Below, in pieces: positions 12,511 to 24,900 of a stretch of 64,000 nt of DNA. The stretch's first letter is position 1. Each line of letters begins with the position of its first letter. The stretch is taken from positions 94,860,001 through 94,924,000 of the forward strand of contig OX597824.1 in the NCBI GenBank assembly GCA_951406725.2, read 5' to 3'. The position numbers were made by a program, and so were the translations under genes. The notes under the pieces were generated by a model. It saw only the letters and a program-made list of their open reading frames with translations. It did no database searches and was not told the DNA's origin. The DNA is from Octopus vulgaris (taxonomy: Eukaryota).

Positions 12511-13972
12511 TTTTTAGATCTTAAGGACGTGGATTGTCATCAGGACAATGGAGCTTTTAGCAATTTGTAAAAGCTAGTGTTATTTTATGGAGAGAAACAG
12601 GATTTTCTATGCCTAAAAATAAGATCTCTTTAAAAAAAAAAAAAAAAAAAAAAGTAAAAGTGAAAAAAATTTTAATGCGTACAAAAATATGATTATGGAA
12701 TTTCACTGATCTGTAACATTAGAGCAGAAAAGGCATCTGCGACAGACAGTGCTTTATTGCAGACCTGGATAAAGTGACATTGATATTGGGTGTCCGTCTT
12801 AGACAAAAAAAAAAAAAAAAGAAATATTGTGGCTGATAAGCATATGTATGTGTATCTATGTATATGTGTGTGTGTATGATGATGATTGGTGCAGTGTATG
12901 TATGTGTGTATATGACTAGACTATTTTATGTGCAACTCCATTGTCTCCCAAGACAAAAAGGATGCCAACCAACCAATATATATATATCCACACACACACA
13001 CACTTCTACCATGCCAGTATTTTTACCATTACACCAGGCATTTTGCACTCAACACCACAAAATTACTAAAAGTGTTTGAGGTAGAAATACCAGCATCTGC
13101 TTTCATTCCAGACCATTTGGTTATGTCTTTGGTAATAAACAAGAAAAAACTAAGGTTGGATAATGTATGAGAAAGCAACCCAGTGCTTAAGACAAAAGAC
13201 TATGTGAGAATTAGTTCAGCATGTGTGTACGTACACACACACATATTTACATGCACACAGAGAAAAATTGAATAAATGGTTTTAATAAGAGTATTGCCTG
13301 GTTTTGAGTAAGCATTAAATAAGCTTTTAACTGATAAGAGATAAAAAAACATTAAAGGCTGGAAACCCTACGGCATAACTCTACTTCATCAGCAGGTTGC
13401 AAAAAAGGGCCAACATTCGCTTTCTCAGTGCTGGCATGTGCAGAGGGGTTACGTATGGTGGATGGTGTTGGTTTAGTGGTGGACTGTTGTGAAAACTAGG
13501 GCAATTTATAAATTATTTCAAGAAATACTATTATTAGTAATTCTTTAAATAGCACAAAAATGACTGTTTAAGAATAGTGACTGATGCATTTTTGATTCTA
13601 AGAACATAATTCTTTTCCAAATTTCTTTTTTGTCTATATATTTAAATGTCTTATTGTTTCATAGAATTAGTAATAAAAATTCTTTTTTTCTTCTTTGAAA
13701 TCTCGAGTTTTTAAATTTTTTACTATTATTGTTGTTATTATTATTTATTTATCTATTTATTATTATTATTATTATTATTATTGTCGTCGTATTCTCTGCT
13801 CAAAATATAGGGCTTTTGTTATATGTGTCGTTTGTTGTTTGCTGTAAGACCAAAATGTTTGTGAGGATTTTTTTGTGTTTGTGTGAACGATGCCACAAGA
13901 TATTTTATCAACATTGATAGATTGCCAATACTACCAGGACTTAATTCCAGAAGAAGTGCCAAATTAGATATT

Positions 13973-13985
13973 ATCTCTCTCTCTC

Positions 13986-14035
<50 letters not shown>

Positions 14036-14049
14036 ACACACACACACAC
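13973..14049. repeat. (CT)n-(CA)n microsatellite
   Basis: Direct inspection. Confidence 0.95.
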
Positions 14050-14203
14050 GAGGCAGTATATGTTCAATGAGAAAAAAAAAACTATGGATCAATGACTCAG
14101 TCCGTATAATATGCAAGATAGAGGTTTTCTTGAGAAATTTATGTTGGTGATACTGTTTTCAGCAACCTCCCCACACTCACACCATCAAAGTACAAAGAGC
14201 AAT

Positions 14204-14400
14204 TGTGAAGGCATGTGGCTTAGTGGTTAGGGCATTGCACTCGTGGTTGCAAGATTGTGGTTTCAATTCCCAGACTGGGTGGTGCATTGTACTCTTGAGC
14301 AAAACACTTTGTTTGATCTTGTTCCAGTTCATTCAGCTGTAAAGTAGACCCTGTGATGGACTGGTGTTGCCATTCGGGATGAGGGGGGAATGTTGTTTTG
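14204..14400 (+). mobile_element. Diverged tRNA-headed SINE
   Basis: gtggcttagtggttagggca (A box), ggtttcaattccc (B box), then cttgagcaaaacactt; head related to 34722-34993. Confidence 0.65.
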
Positions 14401-14714
14401 TGATCTTGGTCACTTATGGCACCCCAGTAACCAGGTAACTGGATTTATGATCCCTAGGAAACAAGATGGTATTTTACTTTTTTTTTAAGGGCCACTTACA
14501 GAATTTCAGAATTGGTCATCATTTTAAAAATTTTTATATGTTGATGGTATAGTTCTCATTACAGAACCATTTGAAGAAATTCTGTAAAAGGATGCAACTT
14601 AGACGTATGATCCAGAATTAACATGTCTAATGAGTTATTTAACATGGCAAAAATTTAATTATTAATTAAGAGTATAAAATCTATTTTGACATGGCCTTTC
14701 TTAATATGTAAAAG

Positions 14715-15155
14715 AAATCAAAATTAAATCACTATCAATTGGAAATTGTAGTTGTGACCAGTGCCAGTGCCACCTGACTGGCACCTGTGCTGGTGGCACA
14801 CAGTAAGCACCATTCATGTGTGGATCATTGCCAGTGCCGACTAACTGGCTCCCTGTGCCGGTGGCATGTAAAAAGCACCATCCAAATGTGGTCGATGCCA
14901 GTCCCTGCCCCCTCCTGTTCCGGTAGCATGGAAATATGACCATACAAATGTAGCCAGTGCTGCCTGACTGGCCCCCATGCCAGTGGGACGTAAAATGCAC
15001 CCACTACACTCTCGGATTGGTTGGCGTTATGAAGGGCATCCAGCTGTAGAAACACTGCCAGATCAGATTGGAGCCTGGTGTGGCCTCCTGGCTTGCCAGT
15101 CCCCAGTCGAACAGTTCAAGCAATGCTAGCATGAAAAATGGATGTTAAACGATGA
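14715..15155 (+). mobile_element. RTE-like LINE 3' UTR (family B)
   Basis: ggtggcatgtaaaaagcacc subrepeats, gaagggcatccagctgtagaaac core, ends gttaaacgatgac. Confidence 0.8.
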
Positions 15156-15190
15156 CTATTATTATTATTATTATCATCATTATTATTATT

Positions 15191-15384
15191 CAGTAGTTTT
15201 ATTTTTATAGCGTGCTTTCACTTCACTACCGAGCGCAGCTCTGTGTGCCTTGGGTATATGCTGTGGTTTGTTGTGATGCTCTGATGGTTACTGTATTGAA
15301 AGTGTTTTGCATAGGATGTGTGCAGTGCCTAGTAGTGCAATTTTCTGTATGTTATATGTGTTTGTAAGTCCTGGTGTTTTTGTT
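15191..15384 (-). mobile_element. R4/Dong-like non-LTR retrotransposon 3' end inserted in (TAA)n
   Basis: Minus strand TKTPGLTNTYNIQKIALLGTAHILCKTLSIQ* (stop at 15288-15290) matches the R4/Dong C-terminal QKxxLLGTAxILR motif; (ATT)n on both sides. Confidence 0.75.
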
Positions 15385-15718
15385 TTATTATTATTATTAC
15401 TATTATTATTATTATTGAATGAATGTACAAGAATCAGTTCTTTTTGGACATTACAAACAATTGGTGCACAAAGGTTGAAGAAGTAAAACCTCTAGCAGAT
15501 TGACAGAACCACAGATGCACTAAATATGTTCAAATATATGATAGGAAAAACCTTATCTTTTTATATATTAGTTGGCTCACTGGAAAACTGTTGCTTGGTT
15601 CTCTACAAGTTGACTATATTGACTATTGGAGCTAGTTGTTATGAAAACAATACAACCAATAATTCAATAAAATGTTTGTGTCATTTTTAAGCTGGTGTTT
15701 GCAATATAAATTAATATA

Positions 15719-16099
15719 GGTCAGGAGTGGCTATGCAGTAAGTAGCTTGCTTCCCAACCACATGGTCCTGGGTTCAGTCCCACAGAGTGGCACCTTGGGC
15801 GAGTGTCTTCTACTGTGGCCTCAGGCTGAAGAAAGTCCATCGCGTGCGTGTGTGTGTGTGTGTGCATGTATGTATTTTTTATTTGTCTGTGTTTGTCCCC
15901 CACCATCGCTTGACAACCGATGTTGGTGTGTTTATGTTCTGTTAACTTAGCAGTTTGGCAAAAAGAGACTGATAGAATAAGTACTAAATAAGTACTAGGC
16001 TTACAAAGAATAAGTCCTGGGGTCAATTTGTTCGACTAAAAGTGGTGCTCCAGCATGGCCACAGTCAAATGACTGAAACAAGTAAAAGAATAAAAGAAT
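15719..16099 (+). mobile_element. SINE family A with internal deletion
   Basis: Family A head and tail both present. Confidence 0.85.
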
Positions 16100-16567
16100 G
16101 TAATTTTGATGGCAGGTTTTAACTTGGATCAGTTTATAACAGAAACTTTGTACCTCAGGGCCAAGCTTGGTCTCAGGCAGGTTGGTATGAATAGGATTAA
16201 CAAAAAATAAAGGAAAGAAATACTTATTAGAAGACCAGATTATGAAGATTCGGATGTTTGATTAACAGCACAGACTATTTTCTGCACAGTAAAATACAAT
16301 AGATTATATAAACATGAGGTGTGGCTGTGAAATATGGTCAGTGAATGCTGACATGCAGAACAGTGTTAACTGATAGAAAAGCTCGTATGAAAGTAACTTC
16401 TCGAAATGTGGCTGTTATTTATTTAGCTTGACTGTAAAAGTGATTGGCTGATATAAGAGAAATAAATAAAAAGTAATTGATTTGAAAGATGCAGAAATGA
16501 ATTTTTTTTATTCTCAAACACGTGAACAGGATAAATTATCCATACATTGCAGAAGCATATGTTTACC

Positions 16568-16640
16568 GGCCAGCCATGAGACTTGAACTCACATCCCTGT
16601 GATTATGTGTCAAGTGCTTTACCATTAAGCTAAACTGCCC
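16568..16640 (-). pseudogene. tRNA-like sequence (pseudo-tRNA or SINE head)
   Basis: Minus strand GGGCAGTTTAGCTTAATGGTAAAGCA...GTGAGTTCAAGTCTCATGGCTGGCC has A and B boxes and a T-arm; acceptor and anticodon stems are mismatched. Confidence 0.55.
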
Positions 16641-17329
16641 AGTAATGAATTCTTCTCTTATTTTAGAACTTATAAATTTAGCTTCATAGACGCTAACATT
16701 AAATTCAACTTAGGATGAAAGTAAACAATTGAATATTTTTAGTAACCAATGTTGGTTTTGATGAAGTGAAGCACAAATATACTTACCCAAACAGACCACA
16801 TTATTCTCTATTATATGTTGGGCTTTTGTTTGTTTTTTTTTTTTTTTGTATATGATGAAAGTGGTGATTTATAATGGTACAGGGTAAAAAAAGAAAAAGA
16901 AGACCTACTGAAATTTTATACATTCTTAAATGAACAGAAAATTCTGATTCACATATTCTGTAAATCGAAGTGTTTTATGGCGCAGGGAGAATTTCGAAAA
17001 CAAAATAGAAATTACTTGAGACACATGTAGGGGTGTGCCATGTTGTCTTGGATCAGCGATAAATGAATCAGTGATAAACAAGGTTGTGTGTGTGTTGGAT
17101 AAACCAGTTCTAACAGGCAACATAGGTTTTTCCAGTAGACACCGATTCTTAATTGCGTTGTTCCCTTGCCAAATCCTGTTTGCTTTGTGCATCATATTCC
17201 ATCAGAACTGTTATAGCAGTGTTCAGAAAAAGACACTTCTTATGGCTTCCCATCTTTTATAGAACTATCATAAGATGCAGATGTATGTATTCTGCTTAAA
17301 TTAAGTGGAAAACAACTGACAGAAAGTCT

Positions 17330-17550
17330 TTAACTGTTAAGCATTCAAACCAGTCATATCCGACCTTAATATTCTACTTCTTTTATGGTCAAACCAGCGA
17401 GATCCAACCTCATACTTACCGTACAATGTTATTCTAAAAATAAATGTCACATCATTGAAATCTCTTGGCTCCAGATAATGCAGGATTAATTCAAAACAAT
17501 GTGAATCCGTATTAGATTTTGACAGAGGAATCCAAATGCTAAAGGGTTAT
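17330..17550 (-). mobile_element. MITE family E
   Basis: Ends aatgctaaagggtta; reverse complement of the family E body. Confidence 0.7.
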
Positions 17551-17739
17551 CCTTGGATATCTAAAAACTGGAAGCTTTTATTCGTTGTGCAAAACCAAAA
17601 TACTTCCTCTTTGACTTGGTAACTCGGAAACATGTTCTTTTTCATTGATTTTTATGTCCATTTTTCTATGCCTGTATGGGTCAGATTGGCCATAGGCAAC
17701 CGTCTGACCTGTGGGACTTTTTGAATGACATATCGACAT

Positions 17740-17876
17740 TGGCGTTAGGAAGGGCATCCAGCCGTAGAAACTCTGCCAGATCAGACTGGAGCCTGGAGCA
17801 GCCCCTGGCTTCCCAGACCCCGGTTGAACCGTCCAACCCATGCTAGCGCGGAAAACGGACGTTAAATGATGATGAT
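17740..17876 (+). mobile_element. RTE-like LINE 3' UTR end (family B)
   Basis: ggcgttaggaagggcatccagccgtagaaac...ggacgttaaatgatgatgat. Confidence 0.8.
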
Positions 17877-19204
17877 CGAATAAAAAATTGCTTTGAATTT
17901 TTTTTAGTCATACAGCTGCTTCTTGAAAAAGGTTAGATGAATACATTATGATGGCATTGTTTTACAGCTAAATGTTCTTCTTGTTGCTAATCTATACCTG
18001 GTTTTTGTTTTTCATTCATTTGTTTGTTGTTTTTTTTTCAAGTAAGAGATCTCTTATTTCATGCAACTTTGAAAGATTGACGCAAGCTGATGATTTGTTC
18101 ACTCAACAGCATGGCCTGTACTTCACTTTTTTCAAAATGAGCAACATGTGCATGGACACATACACGCACACACACACACACAGGGGTCTTCTCTCGATTC
18201 CTGGCTACCAATTCCACTTGTAAACCTTTGGTTTGCTTTGGGTTTTAGTGAAGACTCTTACCCAATGTGCTGTACAGTGGGATTGAACTTAAAACTACAT
18301 GGTTGGGAAAGATAGATTATATATACTCAGCTTAGACTTGTGTGAATATTGTGTGTGTGTGTGTGACAATTCTGTCTCTATTGATTATTTTATCTGAATA
18401 TTTTTGAATGATTCTGAATATTAAATCTTTCTCCATTCTCAAAGACGGAGAAGGGAAAGTTGGACATTAAAGTAGGATTTATCTATTTAGTAATCAAAGA
18501 TAGTCTTGCGATATTTTTGAAGATGTTTTTTGTACACTCATTTGTTTGTCTAAATTCTTAACAGTTTCCCCACTTTTCACAAGGCGTCTATATTTGTTTC
18601 AATGAGTATGAATCGTTTGTTGTAAATTTGGTTATTTCCCATAAATATTCTAATTCCGTAGAGGTGGTCATCAAATTAAAATTTTCATTCTTATTGTCAT
18701 GTCTCTCAATATGTGTGTGTCCCCGTCCTTTTGTCATTACAAGTTTGTGACAAAACGTGGTCTGTAAAACTTCTCATGTTTATTTCATTGAGGTGTCAGA
18801 AACCTGAGGTGTGACATAACAACAAACTGTCTGAAAACCCCTCCGTCAGTTGAATTTCTTTCAAATCATATCATTACTTTGGTAGCATGATAAAGAAGGC
18901 CAGCGTTATTGGATTTGTTTCAGGTGGGTAAAGACTGAAACTAAATGCTCTGCAGCAGTAATAAAGGGGGTGGCGGCAGTTTAAAACACCACACATGATA
19001 CTGTCACTAAATGTATATAGAGATAATATATAGATTTTTAAATGTTAGAGAAAAGAATGAATATTATTCTGTTTCTGCTAAACTTTCTGTAGTGCGATTC
19101 AGTGTAATAACCCTCCGCCTTTCACATCATAAATTCTGAATCTGGTATGGAGTTTAACTTTGAAAAGTTATACAGTCATATAAAAGATTTTATCATTGTT
19201 ATTA

Positions 19205-20115
19205 AAAAGGCATCGAGCTGGATGAAATGCTTAGCAGTATTTCACCTGTTGCTACATTCTGAGTTCAAATACTGCCAAGGTCGATTTTTACCTTTCATTC
19301 TCTTGGGGTCAATAAATTAAGTACCAGCGATTCACGAGGGTGGGGGTGGATGTTATCTACTGCCCCCTCCCTCCACATTTCAGGCCTTGTGCCTATAGTA
19401 GAAATAATAATAATTATTATTATTATTAAAAAGGTGTTGAGCAGGCAGAATCTTTATCACACCGGACAAAATGCGTAGCAGCATTTCGTATGTCTTTATG
19501 TTCTGGGTTCAAATTCCGCTGAGGTCAACTTTTCTTTTCATTCTTTCGGAGTCGATGAAATAAGTACCAGTTATGCACTGGGGTCAAAGTAATCAACCCC
19601 ATGAAATTTCAGCTCTTGTGCCTATAGTAGAAAGGATTATTATTATTATAATAAGGTGGTGAGCTGGCAGAATCATTAGCATACCTGGCAAAGTGCTTAA
19701 TGGCATTTAGTTTGTCTTTATGTTCTGAGTTCAAATTGCACCAAGGCTGACTTTGCCTTTCATCTTTCTGGGGTAGATAACATAAGTACCTGTTGAATAC
19801 TGAGGTCGATGTAATCGACTTATCCCCACCCCCAAATTGCTGGCCTTGTGCCAAAATTTGAAACCATTATTTTTATTATTATTATTGTTTTTCTTGAGGC
19901 AGTGGGCTGGCAGAATTGTTAGCATGCCAGGCAGAATGCTAAGCGGCATTTCGTCTGTCTTCACGTTCTGAGTTCAAATATCAGTCAGATCATCTTTGCC
20001 CTTCATCCTTTCGGGGTCGATTAAGTAAGTACCAGTTGAACACTGGGGTTGATGTAATCAACTTACCCTCTCCTCCAAATTTGGCTGGCGTCGTACCAAA
20101 ATTTGAAACTATTAC
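19205..20115 (+). mobile_element. Tandem array of four SINE family C copies joined by (ATT)n tails
   Basis: Units start near 19208, 19431, 19653 and 19897; each has gagctggcagaa...gagttcaaat...gcctttcatcctttcggggtcgat...agtaccag. Confidence 0.85.
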
Positions 20116-21225
20116 CATCCTTGTCTTTTTTTCTTTTTCAATATTCTGAATTGTCTAGTTATCAAATTATGGAAAGTATGTTGCAAACTTATCCAGAAAA
20201 CATAAACAGCATCGTATTCAGTGTTGCTAATAAACGGGCACACAATATTGACACAATATTTTGTCTATCTGAACCATAATTATCCTAATGCCACAAAGAA
20301 GACTGATGAATTTATTTTCCAAATATAATTCCTTTTTAGTAATTTTAGTAACGGAAATCACGATGTATGAAAAGCAGATGCTTCAACCAAGGTGTATGAA
20401 AATCAAATAATCATTTCTTGAGACAGACTTTATACATTTTTTTACTGGGAAATGTTTTGTTGTGTGAGAGAAAAAAAATTCTGTTTGATAGTCAAGCAAA
20501 AATTGACTCTATGTTATGATATTCCAGTTTGTAAACTTCGGACTTCCATAGTCTTTTTTACTCACGAAGCTAACAAGAGTGGCTCTGCATGTTTGTTGGG
20601 CTTGAATAAAAATAGACAAATCTTTAAATTACACCTTGTCTAAAAAAGGAAGGACACTGGATAATATAGTCCCTGAAAAATGAAAAGATGGTCGTAACTG
20701 TTGTGCTTTTGTCATTGGTTTTCTCAGTCAGGGATAAGCAATAAGTATTTATGACAACTATTTAATAAAGTCATTTAATACCCTCTTTTTTCCCCCCATA
20801 TGCTTGTGTTTTGAGTGTATAAAGTAATGATGTATATAGACACTGTGGTATGTCAAAAGTTGTAGACATTACCATACTCCAATAGAATAATGAAGTATGA
20901 TACTTAAAAATCATATCACATTTAACAAGACATGTCCTTTGTACTTAATAATTCATTTGCCTTCTTTCACATCTACTGTTTACTGAGATATGTAATTGTA
21001 TCCTCTACAATTTCTAATTTAGTACGCTTTTTTCTTTTCAAATGACTCCTTCCCTGCCCACCTCCACTGCATTATTCTCTGTACTGTTCATGCACTTTTG
21101 GCTAACTTTTCCTGGTGAGTTTTAGTGCTCTTGTGCGCTGTATACAATAAGTTCGTTATTATTATTTTCTCCTGTTATGAATTTGCTTTGCAAGATTTCT
21201 GATGTGAAATCTTGTGTTGAAACAG

Positions 21226-21602
21226 ATATTGTTATATTTCAGGATGGCCATTTTTTTTTCTTTGTTTCTTGCCAAATAAAACACACACACACACACACAC
21301 TTACACTTGTTTATAATTGTTCTTATTTTATTCTCTGTCCATTATCTGGAAATTTTTCATCACACACCTGTGACCACTTCGGTGACTTTTCCATCCCACA
21401 TCCCCTGTTCTGTTTAGTCCTTCTAAGCAGAACAGGAGGGTCACTGAAGAGGTCACAGGTGTGTGATGAAAAAAAAAAAAGGTTTCCAGACAATAGACAT
21501 GATAAAATAAGAATAATAAACAAGTGAAGAATGAATATATAGTGTGTGTATGTGTGTTTGGGCGAGAGAAAGAAAAATGACCATCCCTAAATATAACAAT
21601 AT
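21226..21602. repeat. About 380-nt imperfect fold-back element with a hammerhead-like core
   Basis: Arms pair from atattgttatattt/aaatataacaatat inward to cctgttctgtttag/ctaagcagaacagg; CTGAAGA-ggtcac..gtgat-GAAA at 21444-21471. Confidence 0.85.
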
Positions 21603-21853
21603 ATCGCCGGCGTTGCTCATTTGTAAGGAATAACTATTATTATAGCCAAAAAATAGCAAAAAATGGGAAAAAAATGGTAAATTTTTTTTGAGGGATAAAA
21701 AAGGTGGAGTTGCGTCCCCTAGACGGTCTGTGGTTTGGGTTTCAGATTCTCGACCCCATGTCGAATTTATCGATCTTTTTTGGTCAGAGTGAGGGTACGA
21801 GAAAACAGACACACAGAAAACGCACAGACAAACTGCCGTTTATATAGAGAGAG

Positions 21854-21855
<2 letters not shown>
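21600..21855 (+). mobile_element. Helentron/HINE-like non-autonomous element
   Basis: tatcgccggcgttgctc start and acagacaaactgccgttttatatagagagagat end, both shared with 44746-45143. Confidence 0.5.
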
Positions 21856-21893
<38 letters not shown>

Positions 21894-22149
21894 TTAAAAT
21901 ATGTTGAACAAATTTCACTTTGATTCTTTGAATTTGGCTTTGGTCAGCCTGAGTTTGTCTCATACAACTAAAATGTGTTCAGTGATATTCTGATATTGAG
22001 GAAATGAATTTGTCCCCCAAAATAATAATCCCTAGATCCCCGTTTTGCCTCACCACTTGTTGATTGGTGTACAGTGGCATAGAGTACAATTTTCCCTTCT
22101 AAAATGCTTATGTAATCCAACCTAGATCATTTGGAGAAGTCTGAAACCA

Positions 22150-22500
22150 TATTCTTTCATGCTTGTGTTGTCAAGTCAGCACACTCAGCAAAGTTCTTAG
22201 CGACAAGCAGTCTTGAACGATTCTTCAACACTGAGAACCTGTTCTATTTCGCACATAGCAAAATTCTTGCCTTGCCGTTGCCGTACTCGCACCCTCTATC
22301 AAAGAACGGTATATAGTCTGCTAGCAGAACAAGACCATGTCAGTTTCTTACTTTCTTCTGAATGTTTTTCTTCTGCTCCTCTTCCATATTAGTTAACGAT
22401 GGTACCTCGTTACAACAGCTTAGTGGCTCTCTTTGAACTTCTCTACTTCATCTGCTGCCTTCCATTGAGATGTTTCAAACATCATACTTTTCAGAACAGA
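22150..22500 (-). mobile_element. Decayed CR1/L2-like LINE 3' ORF fragment
   Basis: Minus strand EVQR(R)ATKL followed by a YEER-like segment, frameshifted. Confidence 0.4.
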
Positions 22501-23246
22501 GACTCCTCCTTATTGGGCACATACTGACCTGAATAGGAAGATGTTGGTGGTTCTTTTTTTTTTTCTTTTTTTCTCACTCATTCTAGAAGTGGGAGGGGCT
22601 CTGTACTACTATTCCTCCCTTCCCTGTAGTGAGAGAAATGCCTAAGTTTGCTGATCAAAAAACCAACACATCACTGGCTGACCTACAATTTTCCCTCTGA
22701 CTATCAAAATCATTCTTTTCATTTTTATTATTATTATTATTATTAGTAGTAGTAGTAGTATTATTAGTATTATTATTTTTTATTATTATTATTCTATGTT
22801 TGACTTTTGCTTTATGAATAATAATAACAATAATAATAATAATAATAATAAATAATAATAATACTAATACTACTACTACTACTAATAATAATAATAAAAA
22901 AAAATAAAAATATTATTATTATTATTATTATTTATTATTATTCATCCTGTTTGAGGCCTGGTTAAGTTTACTATGAACTGTTTTTAGGTCAGAAACGTAA
23001 TCAAAGCGTAATCAAAGCATGCGTGTGCATGCACGTGTGAGTATTGACATATTAGAAAATAGAATTGTGGATAAACTGTGTGTCTATTTACTTTGATGAA
23101 GGCAGATACATGGATTAGGAGGTGAGGGCATGGGTGGAGAGAGAAATACACATTTAATCATTTCTGGGAATAACACCGTGCATTGAAGTGTTCTTCAGCT
23201 AGAGGTTTTCACTGCTATCATAGTCTTTTCCCATGTTGAGAACAGG

Positions 23247-23279
<33 letters not shown>

Positions 23280-24741
23280 TAACATTCTGATAAAGTTCTC
23301 AGCACACATACAGAGACAAACACCTACCTGTCTATCTATTATTTAATTACCTTAATTATTTCAGATAATTCAAATCTATAAAATTTAATTGAAATAATTT
23401 AGCATTTTGGTAGTATATTTAATTGGATTTAAATAAAGTACATATAGTTGATGTAACATTTTCTACTTTTCGTTTTAATTGTATGCTGGGGAATATAAAT
23501 CTATTTTATTATTACTTTTTTTAAAATTGTTCTGTATAAATTATTTTTAGTTTGTTCTGTCAGAGATAAATTTACATGTAATGTTAATTAGGAATAATTT
23601 GAATTTTTGTCCCTTTTCACCACAAATATTCTCAGTAAGTGCATGTACACTAGAATGAAATTTTTGCCAGGAATTTCACTGTTGTGAATATCTAATAAAT
23701 ATTTCCTTGTATTTCATTAATTTATCAGTTATTAAAGTTGTAATAAAAAGCAACAGATATTTATATCATAACAGATATTTATATCCTAACAATTAGATCA
23801 ACACAGTAGTAATTATTTTGAGTGACAGAACTTGCGACAATCCTGTTTTGTAAACGTCACTTGTTTTACCTGTGGCTATAAAAGATGACCTTATTTGATA
23901 AGGAGGATAACAGTTCTTATATAACACGTTTTTATTGGTCATTTTATCTAATAACCTAAGGGATACTGATTTATTTGAGCTGTAGGAATTTTGACAAGTT
24001 TGGGTTTTTAAACTGATAATAATAATAATAATAATAATAGTCTTTCTTTTTTTTGTTTAGTGTTTATAACATAGTCGTTTGGTTGGAGAATATATTTATA
24101 TCTTGTTAGAGATAATCAATTCTGTAGATGAAATGTTGTTCAAAACTTGAGCTAGTTGCTTCCTCGCTATTATTAATCTTCTTCATAGGTTTGTTGCATA
24201 AATTTGCAACAAACAATTCAGACTTGCAAGAACATAGCAACATTGTCTTCTTCCTAAGCCAATAAATAAACAAACTACACTTTTCTGTGGCAGAGAGGAC
24301 TACCTTTCTTCCACCTTGGAAGTCTTGGTACTGCTAGTATATAGATATCTTCAATTCAATTCAATATCTCCTAATTGAATTTTGTGTTTTTACAGTTTCA
24401 TTCAATTAAAGGTGTGCAATATTTAAAATTCTCATTAAATAGATATATTACTTCAATGTATAAATTACAGACAGGTAGATTCCACTCCTGTTGATTACAG
24501 TTTTCCAATTTTTAATATTCTTTTAAAATCAACTTTCTTTCTTTTTTTTCTTTTTTTTTTTTTTTCCTTTTTAATTAATGAAATTGGATAGAATAATTCT
24601 TTCTCTGCTTTCACTACTTGGAATTTTTATAGTCAAAATCTGTTGTATCAGTAGCAGTTTCGGTAAAATAAAAGTGAATTTCTTGTTTCTAATTTATTAA
24701 ATGCAGCTTCTATCACTAATTTCCTCTGTCTATAAATAATA

Positions 24742-24900
24742 TTGTGTGTGTGTGCGGGCATGCATATATCTGTGTGTGTGTGTGTGTGTGTGCGGGCATG
24801 CATATATCTGTGTGTGTGTGTGTGTGCGGGCATGCATATATCTGTGTGTGTGTGTGTGTGTGCGTGTGCGGGCATGCATATATCTGTGTGTGTGTGTGTG
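24742..24900. repeat. Composite minisatellite (TG)n-cgggcatgcatatatc, 4 units
   Basis: Constant cgggcatgcatatatc linker between variable TG runs. Confidence 0.92.

Noticed and set aside
12160-12570. 136-aa ORF as a host gene
   Set aside because: Only a short pogo-like DNA-binding fragment is recognisable; the rest is not protein-like
13355-13400. Hammerhead motif on the minus strand (CTGATGAAG)
   Set aside because: No stem II followed by GAAA
16568-16640. Functional tRNA gene
   Set aside because: Mismatched acceptor and anticodon stems; treated as a pseudo-tRNA or SINE head
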